NCBI GenBank assembly: GCA_035530075.1
Contig: DATKVM010000005.1
Span: 22,823 to 86,822 of the forward strand
Direction: 5' to 3'
From: Patescibacteria group bacterium
Lineage (GTDB): Bacteria; Patescibacteriota; Microgenomatia; UM-FILTER-40-11
DNA: 64,000 bases
The notes beneath the pieces are model-generated. The model was given only the letters and a program-made list of their open reading frames with translations. It did no database searches and was not told the origin of the DNA. Each line of letters opens with the position of its first letter. Position 1 is the first letter of the stretch. The translations under genes and the position numbers were made by a program. Positions 36,786 through 45,943 of the stretch are shown here, piece by piece.

Positions 36786-37557
36786 AGCGCCTCAAGCCCC
36801 TTTTCCAAATAAATTTCATTAAGATAAAAAGTCCCAGAATCCAAATTAAAACTGTAATTAAACCGCTAATAGCTTCCCACATTTCCAATTGGCCCAAATA
36901 AAGTTTAATTGGGAAATAGGTCGTGTATTGAAAAGGCAAAGCTAAACCGATTTTTTGTAAAAACGGAGGCATGACATCCAAGGGAACTAAACCCCCGGCA
37001 AAGAAATTAAAAATCATAAACATTGCCGAGCGGAACAAGCGAACATCGGTTAACCAGAAAGCAAAAGAGGCAGTAAAAACGTTGGTCAGGAAATTAATCA
37101 CCAACGAAAAGAATAAAAAACTCAAGAATAAGACGAATTGCTCCAGGCCCGAAAAAACCACAATCTTTGGCAACAGCAGAAAAAAAATAATTATCATTCC
37201 CAATCGAATGAAAAATTCAAAACTCCGGTCAGCCAAAAAAATCGACAGCCACCATTTTAAATAACTAGTGGGCTTAAGAAGATATAAGGACATTCTGCCT
37301 TCCTTTATTTCCCAAGCCATTTGGCGACCGATATTTTGCCTTTGGGTAAAATGAAGGAATTTCGTCATTAAAACGTAAGTCATCATTGAAGAAAAGGTAT
37401 AGCCATTAAAATTATCCCTTCCACTAAAAACTGCTTTCCAAATAAAAAACATCACTATGAAAGTGATAATCCCCATTCCCAAATGACCAATAAAATCCGC
37501 CCGATATTCGAAAGATTTCTCCCAATTAATCTTAAAAATCGCCCAATATTTGCCCAT
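36766..37557 (-). CDS. ABC-2 family permease (DUF990)
   Basis: EYRADF, EIKEG..S.YLLKP, FAGG.VPLD..P, YEAVG. Confidence 0.9.
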   Translation of the reverse strand: MGKYWAIFKINWEKSFEYRADFIGHLGMGIITFIVMFFIWKAVFSGRDNFNGYTFSSMMTYVLMTKFLHFTQRQNIGRQMAWEIKEGRMSLYLLKPTSYLKWWLSIFLADRSFEFFIRLGMIIIFFLLLPKIVVFSGLEQFVLFLSFLFFSLVINFLTNVFTASFAFWLTDVRLFRSAMFMIFNFFAGGLVPLDVMPPFLQKIGLALPFQYTTYFPIKLYLGQLEMWEAISGLITVLIWILGLFILMKFIWKRGLRRYEAVGQ

Positions 37558-37607
37558 TAAAGCAATTCTAGCAGAAAAACCCCTTAGGACCTGTCGCCAA
37601 GAAGACT

Positions 37608-37880
37608 TCATTTAACCGATTTTTTGAGGCTGCGGCCGGGGGTAAAACGGGCGGCCCGGTGGGATTTAACTACCTGCCGAGCTTTAGTTTGAGGATTAAC
37701 GACCGTTTTATCTTTGACTAAAACACTTTTGAAAGTGCCAAAACCGGAAAGAACCACTTTCTCGCCCTTACTTAAGGCTCTTTCAACTTCATTAAGCATC
37801 GTTTCCACCGCTTCCTTTGAAGCTTTCCTGGTCAAATGGGCCTTAACCGAAACAACGCTGATTAAATCAATTTTCTTCAT
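37608..37880 (-). CDS. hup: HU DNA-binding protein
   Basis: MKK.DLI, GEKV.LSGFGTF, NPQT, RF.PG..LK..V. Confidence 0.93.
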   Translation of the reverse strand: MKKIDLISVVSVKAHLTRKASKEAVETMLNEVERALSKGEKVVLSGFGTFKSVLVKDKTVVNPQTKARQVVKSHRAARFTPGRSLKKSVK

Positions 37881-37933
37881 AATATCTAAAGCTAAAATTA
37901 GTTTAGCAAAAAAAATGCCAAAGTCAAGGTCAA

Positions 37934-39442
37934 TTACTTCGCCACTCCAACTGTCCGAGTTTCTCGAATGGCCGTTACTTTAATTTGCCCCGCCCATTTA
38001 GCCTCTTCTTCCAGCTTTTTGATGATTTTGTCCACCAAAACTGTCATTTCCGCGTCAGTGACTTTTTCCGGCTCAACAATCACTCGAACTTCCCGACCTG
38101 CTTGATAGGCCGCCACTTCGGCCACCCCCGGAAAAGACCGAGCAATTTCTTCAATATTGGTCATCCGCTTAACATAATCTTCATGGGGCTCATAACGAGC
38201 ACCCGGCCGGGAACCAGAAATAGCATCCGCCACCCAAACCACTGCCGATTCGACCGAAGAAAACGGCCGGTCCTCATGGTGTTCAGCCACGCAATCAATG
38301 ACTCTCTCCGGAATACGGTATTTTTTCAAAAGGTCAACTCCCAACTGAATATGGTTGCCCTCTTCATCAGTAATGACTTTCCCGATATCATGAAGCAAGC
38401 AAGCTAACCTCACCACGGCCACATCCAACTTAAGTTCACTGGCAATAGCAATACCAATCCGCGTTTCTTCTAAGGTATGAACAATCATATTCTGACCGTA
38501 AGAGAAACGGAACTTATAACGGCCTAAAAGTTTGACCAAATCTGGATGAAGATTATAAACCTTCACGGAATGGCAAAGCCTTTCTCCTTCTTCAAATAAA
38601 ATCCGCTCCACTTCCTGCTTAGTTTTGGCGACTACCTCCTCAATTCTTTGAGGCTGAATCCGGCCGTCTTTAATTAATTTTTCCAGCGCTTGCCTCGCGA
38701 CTTCTCTCCTGACGGGGTCAAAAGATGAAAGGCGAATATCCAAACTTTCGTCTAACTCCACTTCGACGCCGGTAGCAACTTCAAAACTCCGGATATTTCT
38801 TCCTTCTTTCCCAATAATCCGCCCTTTCATCTCTTCATCTGGGAGCTTAATGACAGAAACCGTGTATTCGGCGGCATAATCAACTGCTCCATGTTTCATG
38901 GCATCTACCAAAATCTCCTTAGCTTTTTCCTGGGCGGTAGCTTTGATTTCTTCTTCCGTTTCAACAATTCTCTTGGCCACTTCCTCAGCTAGCCTTTTTT
39001 CCGTTGCTTCCAAAATCAGTTTTTTCGCTTCTTCCCGATCGAGAGCCGCTATTTTCTCCAGCTTCTGAAGCTGTCGCTGACGGATATCCTCCAAATCAGC
39101 CATTCTTTTCTCTAAATCCGCTTTTTGTTGAGTAAGCAGCTTTTCTCTCTCTTCAATTGCCCCGACTTTGCGGTCAACTTCTGCCTCTCGCTGAAGCGCC
39201 TCGTTTTTAAGTCGGAAAGCTTCTTCTTTAATTTTGGCCGCTTCCTCTTTAATCCTCGCTGCTTCTTCCCGTGCTTGGGCTAACAACTCTCGAGCTTGGG
39301 TTTCATAAACGGAAAGGTTAACGCTAGTTTTAGCAATTTTGGCTTTCTCTTCCGGAGCTTTGGTTTCTTCCAGCTGGGCCAGCCGTTTTTCCAACTGCTG
39401 TTGTTTTCTAATTAAGTCGCTTATCTTATCCAAGAGTGACAT
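37934..39442 (-). CDS. rny: Ribonuclease Y
   Basis: Coiled coil, KH domain KGRIIGKEGRNIR, HD domain LLHDIGK, ADAIS..RPGAR. Confidence 0.96.
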   Translation of the reverse strand: MSLLDKISDLIRKQQQLEKRLAQLEETKAPEEKAKIAKTSVNLSVYETQARELLAQAREEAARIKEEAAKIKEEAFRLKNEALQREAEVDRKVGAIEEREKLLTQQKADLEKRMADLEDIRQRQLQKLEKIAALDREEAKKLILEATEKRLAEEVAKRIVETEEEIKATAQEKAKEILVDAMKHGAVDYAAEYTVSVIKLPDEEMKGRIIGKEGRNIRSFEVATGVEVELDESLDIRLSSFDPVRREVARQALEKLIKDGRIQPQRIEEVVAKTKQEVERILFEEGERLCHSVKVYNLHPDLVKLLGRYKFRFSYGQNMIVHTLEETRIGIAIASELKLDVAVVRLACLLHDIGKVITDEEGNHIQLGVDLLKKYRIPERVIDCVAEHHEDRPFSSVESAVVWVADAISGSRPGARYEPHEDYVKRMTNIEEIARSFPGVAEVAAYQAGREVRVIVEPEKVTDAEMTVLVDKIIKKLEEEAKWAGQIKVTAIRETRTVGVAK

Positions 39443-39598
39443 AATCGTCCTCCTTTTTAGTTTTTAACTCTTGGAGTAAAACGCCACAGAAGCTTACCAA
39501 GCTAAGCTTGGTCGTTCGGAGAAAAAATGATTGGTTTTCAGAACTCTCATTTTCTGCCTTAAGTTTACTTCTATGAGTTTTACCTCAATTGCCCCATT

Positions 39599-40228
39599 TT
39601 ACCTTTTTTTGAGGATTTTCGCAACCGTTTCTTCAATTGTCTCGAAAGAAAAGCCTTTTTGAGCCAAAGCGGCATAGAGCTTTTGCTTAACTTCCCCGGG
39701 TGGCAAATTTGTCAACCGCACCAGCTTTTTTTGAGCCAGTTTTTCCGCCAGCTGAATATCGACTTCCTTCGGCCGCTCCTCCGCCAAGAGTCGTTTAATC
39801 AACTCCTCGGCAATTCCTTTGCGCCGCAATTCATATTTAACCAAACGCACCCCACTCGGCCGGAAAGTCGAACGCTGTTCAATCCACCATTGAGCAAAAG
39901 CTTCGTCATCAATAAGTTTTAGCGCCTTTAACTTTTGCCTGACCATCTTGCGCGTCTCTTCGCCAACTTTTTTCCGAAGCAGATATTCGTTAATTTCAAA
40001 TTCGCTTCGGGGCCGAAAAGAAAGAAATTTAAGCACTTTATCAAAGATGCTCCCTAGCTCACTTTCTTTAATTAGTTCTTCCACTCTCTCTCGGGAAATT
40101 TCTTGATCGGCGTGCAAACCCTCCTTCACTAAAGTTTCGGAGGGTAAGGAAAAGGCAAACTTGCCGTCTAGAAAGATATTGAATTTCTCTTTTTTCTTTT
40201 GCGGTTTAATCGCAGTAATAACGGGCAT
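39599..40228 (-). CDS. recX: RecX regulatory protein
   Basis: LSFRPRSE.E, LIDDEAFAQWW, ELRRKGI; directly downstream of recA. Confidence 0.92.
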   Translation of the reverse strand: MPVITAIKPQKKKEKFNIFLDGKFAFSLPSETLVKEGLHADQEISRERVEELIKESELGSIFDKVLKFLSFRPRSEFEINEYLLRKKVGEETRKMVRQKLKALKLIDDEAFAQWWIEQRSTFRPSGVRLVKYELRRKGIAEELIKRLLAEERPKEVDIQLAEKLAQKKLVRLTNLPPGEVKQKLYAALAQKGFSFETIEETVAKILKKR

Positions 40229-41341
40229 TTAGGCTTCTTCCATTTCTCCCCCAATGACTTTCTCTTCGACTGCTTTCCCGCTTTTAACTTCTTTCCAAAT
40301 TTTTTCTTCAATTTCCTTAATCATCTTTTGATTTTCCCCTAAGAAGGAAATTGCTGCCTGCTTGCCCTGGCCAAGCATCGTTTCTCCATAGCGGTAAAAA
40401 GCTCCGGATTTGGAGATAATTTCTAAATCCACCGCGACATCAAAAATTCCCGCCGTCCTGGAAATCCCACCATTCGCCAAAATATCAAACTCAGCCACTT
40501 TAAAAGGCGGGGCGACTTTATTTTTAACGATTCTCACCCGGTGGCGGGAACCAATCGCTTCATCGCCTTCTTTAATGGTTTCTATTTTACGGCTGTCCAT
40601 TCGCACCGAAGCGTAAAACTTCAAGGCCAGTCCGCCCGAAGTCGTTTCCGGATTGCCAAACATCACCCCGATTTTTTGGCGCAATTGGTTAGTAAAAACA
40701 ACGATCGTCTTGGACTTAGAAATAGCCCCCGTCAGTTTGCGTAGAGCTTGGGACATTAGTCTTGCTTGAACCCCTACCATAGCGTCTCCCATTTCTCCTT
40801 CAATCTCAGCTCTTGGAACCAAGGCCGCCACCGAATCAACCACAATCACATCCAGAGCGCCGCTACGAACCAAAGTTTCCACAATTTCCAAAGCCTGCTC
40901 GCCCGTATCCGGCTGGCTGACTAAAAGCTCATCCAAATTTACACCCAGTTCTTGCGCCCAGATAGGATCAAGTGCATGCTCAGCGTCAACAAAAGCCGCC
41001 GCTCCCCCGGCTTTCTGCGCTTGAGCAATAATAGAGAGAGCCACGGTAGTTTTACCGGAAGCTTCCGAGCCGTAAATTTCCACAATTCTTCCGCGGGGAA
41101 CACCGCCTATCCCTAAAGCAATATCTAAAGCGATTGAACCAGTAGAAATAACCTCCGCTCCCATCTTCCCGGTTGGGCTTTCGCCTAAACGCATAATCGA
41201 ACCTTTACCATATTGCTTTTCGATTTGTTCCATGGCTATCTTAATGGCTTGAAGTTTCCCTGAAGCATTATCGGTCATCTTGCCTCCCCCTTGGCCCGCC
41301 GTAGTTTTAACGAAGGCGGCTTCATCGCTTTTGGTCTTCAT
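40229..41341 (-). CDS. recA: Recombinase RecA (alternative start at 41278)
   Basis: [52 protein letters not shown]. Confidence 0.98.
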   Translation of the reverse strand: MKTKSDEAAFVKTTAGQGGGKMTDNASGKLQAIKIAMEQIEKQYGKGSIMRLGESPTGKMGAEVISTGSIALDIALGIGGVPRGRIVEIYGSEASGKTTVALSIIAQAQKAGGAAAFVDAEHALDPIWAQELGVNLDELLVSQPDTGEQALEIVETLVRSGALDVIVVDSVAALVPRAEIEGEMGDAMVGVQARLMSQALRKLTGAISKSKTIVVFTNQLRQKIGVMFGNPETTSGGLALKFYASVRMDSRKIETIKEGDEAIGSRHRVRIVKNKVAPPFKVAEFDILANGGISRTAGIFDVAVDLEIISKSGAFYRYGETMLGQGKQAAISFLGENQKMIKEIEEKIWKEVKSGKAVEEKVIGGEMEEA

Positions 41342-41543
41342 AGTAAACTCTCCAAAACAAAAATCAACTTATAAAGAAAATTACTCAGCCAAATTCACTT
41401 ACATTCTGGCACAGAAAATGATAAAATTCAAGGGCAAGACAGTGTCTCGTTCGAAAAATCAATCATTTACATTCGACCAGAAGTAAAGAGGATTGAGAAC
41501 AGGAAGATTTTTGCAAAGAAACCCTCGGTTTCTTTGCATGAAA

Positions 41544-41616
41544 CGGGGAATGGCGCAGTTGGTAGCGCGCACGCATGGGGTGCGTGAGGTCGTGGGTTCA
41601 AGTCCCGCTTCCCCGA
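41544..41616 (+). tRNA. tRNA-Pro (GGG), CCA not encoded
   Basis: CGGGGAA/TTCCCCG acceptor stem, CACGC-ATGGGGT-GCGTG anticodon arm, GGTTCAAGTCC. Confidence 0.95.
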
Positions 41617-41649
41617 CTAGAAAAAATAATTTGATAAAACCAAAAGACT

Positions 41650-42372
41650 ATGGCTTCTGAGGTAACACCCGTTAAAAACGATGAGGTAGAGCCCGTAATA
41701 GAGTTGGTAATCAGGCCGCCAACAGCCGATGAAGAATATGACAGGGTAGCGTCCTATCTTCGCAAGCTGCCATGGTATAATGAAAACGGATACAAGTTGC
41801 CTCTTCCGACTCATCCAGCGTTCCAGCAATTAGCTCAACCTGGCGCAGACCTTGCCGTGTTAGACCTGGAAGAAACGAGAAGGCTATTCGCCCAAGAAGT
41901 ATATGACCCAACTGCCTATGAAGCCCGCCTAAGAGCAGTAGAAGCCGACCGCTTTGTTATTGAAGAGGCATATTTAAGGTTTCGGGAATTAAATAAACGT
42001 TGGGGGGTTAAAGTTTTTCCCCGATATGAAATTACCCTCACTCAATTTGGTGCGGGTGGTAGCTATGATTCGGAAAAAGGGAGAGTCATTATATTGACCA
42101 GTTCTAGGCATTCACCAAAGAGAATAGCGATACATGAAGGCGTACATATCGGTATAGAGGACGGTATTGTTCAAAAGTATGGACTTTCGCACTGGGAAAA
42201 GGAAAGAACCGTAGATAAGATTTGTAGTATAAGATTTGGCGATTTACTTCCCAACTACGACTTCCAAGCTCGAGGAGATATAAGGATTGACCCATATGTT
42301 ACTTCTGAAACAATCAGACAACTACCACAAGCCATGGAAAGATACGTTAAAGATTTTCCCCGCACTCAATAA
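41650..42372 (+). CDS. Hypothetical protein with an HExxH zinc-metallopeptidase motif
   Basis: FGAGGSY...IAIHEGVHIGIE...HWEKERTVD. Confidence 0.65.
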   Translation: MASEVTPVKNDEVEPVIELVIRPPTADEEYDRVASYLRKLPWYNENGYKLPLPTHPAFQQLAQPGADLAVLDLEETRRLFAQEVYDPTAYEARLRAVEADRFVIEEAYLRFRELNKRWGVKVFPRYEITLTQFGAGGSYDSEKGRVIILTSSRHSPKRIAIHEGVHIGIEDGIVQKYGLSHWEKERTVDKICSIRFGDLLPNYDFQARGDIRIDPYVTSETIRQLPQAMERYVKDFPRTQ

Positions 42373-42416
42373 ATATACCCTTTGACAGTTTGGTCGCCCT
42401 GAGGCGACTAACCTAT

Positions 42417-42482
42417 CTATTTTAAATACTTCTCGATATTCTCCTGGTGTTCTTTATAAGTCTTGGCTGTATGGATTTGTTT
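42417..42482 (-). repeat. Synonymously diverged duplicate of the last 22 codons of mltG
   Basis: Encodes KQIHTAKTYKEHQENIEKYLK*, the same peptide as 43935-44000. Confidence 0.92.
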
Positions 42483-42517
42483 GTTTAGAAAGTAAAATAA
42501 TATGAGATAATCGTTTT

Positions 42518-43933
42518 ATGAGTGGGCTTTTTGGAGTTGTTGATAAGAAAAATTGTCCTAGAATTTTATTTTACGGCACCGATTATCAATCTCATTTGGG
42601 AACTCAAAAAGCGGGCTTAGCAATCATTAATCGTCGAATCGAGCGAGCTATCCACAATATCTCCACTTCCCAGTTCAAATCAAAATTTATTGAAGAGATC
42701 TCTTTAATGAAAGGGGCGCTTGGCATTGGCGTAATCAGTGATTCCGACTTCCAACCGATTATTATTTCTTCCTCTTTTGGAACATTTGCCCTGGCAACGG
42801 CTGGCTTTTTAGCCAATAAAAATGAGCTGGCTAAAGAGATTATGAAAGATGGAGGAAGTTTTTCAGAGTTAAGCGGCGGTGAAATTAATGCCACTGAAGT
42901 AGCTGGCAAAATTATCGCTCAAAAAGGCAATTTAGTAGAAGGAGTTAAAGCCCTTTTTGAAAAAATGAAGGGTTCGTTTAGCCTTTTGATTTTGGCCAAA
43001 GAAGGAATTTATGCTGCCCGAGATAAATTTGGCCGAACCTCGCTTTCGGTGGGTAAAAATGATAAGAGTTTAGCCGTCACTTCGGAAACTTGCGCTTTTC
43101 CCAATCTTGGCTACCAAAAGATAAAGGAGCTTTCCCCCGGCGAAATTGTCCTTTTGAGCAAAAGTGGCCAATTAATAGGAAAAGAGAAGAGTTCTTCTCC
43201 AGAAAAAGAAAAAATTTGTGCTTTTCTTTGGATTTATACTGGCTATCCTGCCTCTTCCTATGACGGGTTTTCAGTGGAAGCAGTCAGAGAACATTGCGGC
43301 GCTAATTTGGCTAAGGAAGATAGTGCTAAAGCCGATTTTGTCACGGGTATTCCCGATTCAGGCATTGCTCACGCTATCGGTTATGCCATGACTTCAGGTC
43401 TTCCTTACCGCCGCGCTTTGGTTAAATACACCCCTGGTTACGGTCGGAGCTACACTCCACCTTCGCAGGAAACCAGAGACTTGATCGCCCGAATGAAGCT
43501 TATCCCGATTAAAGAAATTATTGAAGGCCAGAAAATCATTATCTGCGACGATTCTATTGTCCGTGGCACTCAGCTTAAAAGTCAGGCAATTGAAAAGCTT
43601 TGGCAATGTGGGGCCAAGGAAATTCATGTCCGGATTGCTTGCCCGCCCTTGATGTTCCCCTGCCCCTATCTTCTTTCTACTCGCACCAAGAAAGAATTGG
43701 CTGCCAGAAGGGCAATCAAAAATACGTTTGGGGGTAGAAAAAATAGGCGAGAAATTAAAAACTTCTTGAGCGAAAAAGACCCTGGATATCAAAAGATGGT
43801 AAATTACCTGCGGCAGGAACTCAATGTCACTTCACTTAAGTTTCAAACCGTAGAAAATATGATCAAGGCCATCGGTCTTCCCCAGCATCGCCTTTGCCTT
43901 TTTTGTTGGCTTGGCAATAACCATCAGCCTTAA
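42518..43933 (+). CDS. purF: Amidophosphoribosyltransferase (PurF family, Ser in place of Cys1)
   Basis: Ntn fold (ARDKFGR, SETCAF), GIPDSG, DDSIVRGT PRPP loop, HVRIACPP, CLFC; starts MSGLFG. Confidence 0.88.
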   Translation: MSGLFGVVDKKNCPRILFYGTDYQSHLGTQKAGLAIINRRIERAIHNISTSQFKSKFIEEISLMKGALGIGVISDSDFQPIIISSSFGTFALATAGFLANKNELAKEIMKDGGSFSELSGGEINATEVAGKIIAQKGNLVEGVKALFEKMKGSFSLLILAKEGIYAARDKFGRTSLSVGKNDKSLAVTSETCAFPNLGYQKIKELSPGEIVLLSKSGQLIGKEKSSSPEKEKICAFLWIYTGYPASSYDGFSVEAVREHCGANLAKEDSAKADFVTGIPDSGIAHAIGYAMTSGLPYRRALVKYTPGYGRSYTPPSQETRDLIARMKLIPIKEIIEGQKIIICDDSIVRGTQLKSQAIEKLWQCGAKEIHVRIACPPLMFPCPYLLSTRTKKELAARRAIKNTFGGRKNRREIKNFLSEKDPGYQKMVNYLRQELNVTSLKFQTVENMIKAIGLPQHRLCLFCWLGNNHQP

Positions 43934-43934
43934 A

Positions 43935-44948
43935 TCATTTCAAATACTTTTCAATATTTTCCTGGTGTTCTTTATAAGTTTTGGCGGTGTGGATTTGTTT
44001 ATCGGCCGAATGAAGATAATAAAAAGCTTCCGTCTCGGCCGGATAAACCGCCGCTTTAATCGCAGCCAGGCCTGGGCTGCAAATCGGTCCCGGCGGCAGC
44101 CCCTCATGAAGGTAAGTATTATATAGCGAGCTGATTTTTCTGACCACGCCAGCAGGCAAAAAAGGCCAGAAATTGAAGTTATCAGGGTCAGTGGTTTTCT
44201 GTTTTAAATCTTCCGTAACCATCGCATACTGGACCGTTGCATCAATTTCCAACCTCATCCCTTTATTTAAGCGGTTCCAAATAATCCCAGCGATAATGGG
44301 TTTGTCGGTCTCACCCCCACTTTCCCTTTCAATTAAAGAAGCAATTTTCAGGGCGGTATCATTTCTGACATTCTGAGCCAAAAGGTCTTTTTGTAATTGA
44401 GCGTCAAACTTTTCGTTGAAATTAACACGGAGTCGGCTGATAACTTCCGCCGGGTCGGCATCAACATCGACAAGATAAGTGTCGGGAAAAAGATAACCTT
44501 CCTCCGCCGCTAAAATAAAACCTTGAGCAATTCCGTCTGACCAGCCCAAAACCTTTTGCAAAATTACCGCCGTCTGCTCCTTTCTTTTCCCCGGCGGGAT
44601 CAGTACCCACTTCTGATAAGGGCCAGCCGCTAAAGCTTGGGCCAACTCATAAGCATTCATACTTTTAGAAAGTAGATAGCCCCCGGGAGCAATCCTTTGA
44701 CCTGGCTCGGGGCAATCCTTTTTTTGCCAACAAATAAATTCTAAAACCAACTGAAAAATTCGGGGAGACTTCAAGAAGCCTTTTTCTTTCAAAGCAGTGA
44801 CTGTTTGCTCCTCCCGACTATTAAGCGGGACAATAAACCGTTCCTCTTCCCAGCTTTTTGCCGGCCCAAGGAACAAAAAGAAAAAGATGCCCGCCACCCC
44901 CAGCAGCAAACTAACTAAAAGCAAAGCAATAAAATAGCCAATTTTCAT
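43935..44948 (-). CDS. mltG: Endolytic transglycosylase MltG
   Basis: EGYLFPDTY, ASLIERE, NRL..GM.L.IDAT, YNTY...GLPPGPI.SPG. Confidence 0.95.
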   Translation of the reverse strand: MKIGYFIALLLVSLLLGVAGIFFFLFLGPAKSWEEERFIVPLNSREEQTVTALKEKGFLKSPRIFQLVLEFICWQKKDCPEPGQRIAPGGYLLSKSMNAYELAQALAAGPYQKWVLIPPGKRKEQTAVILQKVLGWSDGIAQGFILAAEEGYLFPDTYLVDVDADPAEVISRLRVNFNEKFDAQLQKDLLAQNVRNDTALKIASLIERESGGETDKPIIAGIIWNRLNKGMRLEIDATVQYAMVTEDLKQKTTDPDNFNFWPFLPAGVVRKISSLYNTYLHEGLPPGPICSPGLAAIKAAVYPAETEAFYYLHSADKQIHTAKTYKEHQENIEKYLK

Positions 44949-44992
44949 TCCTCCCAGTTTAACATTTAAGGCTCTTTTTGTATAATGGGGCC

Positions 44993-45417
44993 ATGGATGT
45001 TGAAAGAAACACGCGCCGCTTTATTTGTTTGGGAATTGTCCTTAATGAAAAAATGAAGTCTTAATGGTCCGCCGAGTCAAAGAAGAAATGGGTGAGAAGA
45101 ATCGAGTCTTGAGCTGGGCTTTCCCGGGCGGTCGGCCGGAAGAAGGAGAAAGCCGAGGCCAGTGTGTTAAAAGGGAAGTTTTGGCCGAAACCGGTTACCA
45201 TGTTTCTCCTTTAAGAGAAATTTCTTTACGCTATCACCCTGATTTGCCGGTTATTATTGTTTACTTTCTTTGCCGCCTGGAAGAACCTCAGCCAATACAG
45301 GAACCGAGCGAGCCTCACGAAATTGCGGAAACCTGCTGGGTAAGAATTCAAGAATTAATGGCCCTAATTACAACTTCTCTTGACCCTCAAGTAGCTAAAG
45401 AATTAAAACTGGTTTAA
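44993..45417 (+). pseudogene. NUDIX hydrolase with a 1-nt frameshift in an A6 run
   Basis: MDVERNTRRFICLGIVLNEK from ATG 44993 joins the Nudix frame (EVLMVRR...FPGGRPEEGES..QCVKREVLAETG) only if an A is added at 45048-45053. Confidence 0.7.
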
Positions 45418-45418
45418 A

Positions 45419-45943
45419 TTACTCCCGGCAACAATCAATCGCCTTTTTAATTACTTCGCCCAGTTTGGCCATAAAGCTGTGAGTGCTGTCATTTTCAATT
45501 TCCTTTTCGACCGTCTTTTCCAAATCACCAGTTTTAAGAAGCTTTAAATTCAGTCCCCAGAAAAGCTCATAAAGAGAATGGGCCATTTGAAAATATTCCT
45601 TGGCCTCCTTTTTATCCCCTTTGCTTAAGCTTTTGGTACCCACTTCCAAAAGCCTCATTGACCCGGCCAACAAATGCTTGGACAAGCACCATTCTTCTCC
45701 CTCATAGTCCTTAATCAGCTTTTTCAAAAGCCCTTTGCGCATTTCCCGCACTTGATTCAAAAGCTCAAGGTAACCTTCTTTTTTGGTCTTGCCAAAAGTA
45801 AAGAAGAGATGCTCTTCGATGGAAATAAGATTCATTACCGCCACCGAAAGATCCTCTCCCGAAGAAAGGTCAAGTTTTTCGCCTTTTTCAGCCGCTTTAA
45901 CTTTCGCTAAGAGTTCCTGAATTTCCTTATCTTTGTTCATCAT
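45419..45943 (-). CDS. Hypothetical helical protein with WCLSKH and terminal DCCRE
   Basis: 174 aa ORF translationally coupled to the upstream gene. Confidence 0.75.
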   Translation of the reverse strand: MMNKDKEIQELLAKVKAAEKGEKLDLSSGEDLSVAVMNLISIEEHLFFTFGKTKKEGYLELLNQVREMRKGLLKKLIKDYEGEEWCLSKHLLAGSMRLLEVGTKSLSKGDKKEAKEYFQMAHSLYELFWGLNLKLLKTGDLEKTVEKEIENDSTHSFMAKLGEVIKKAIDCCRE

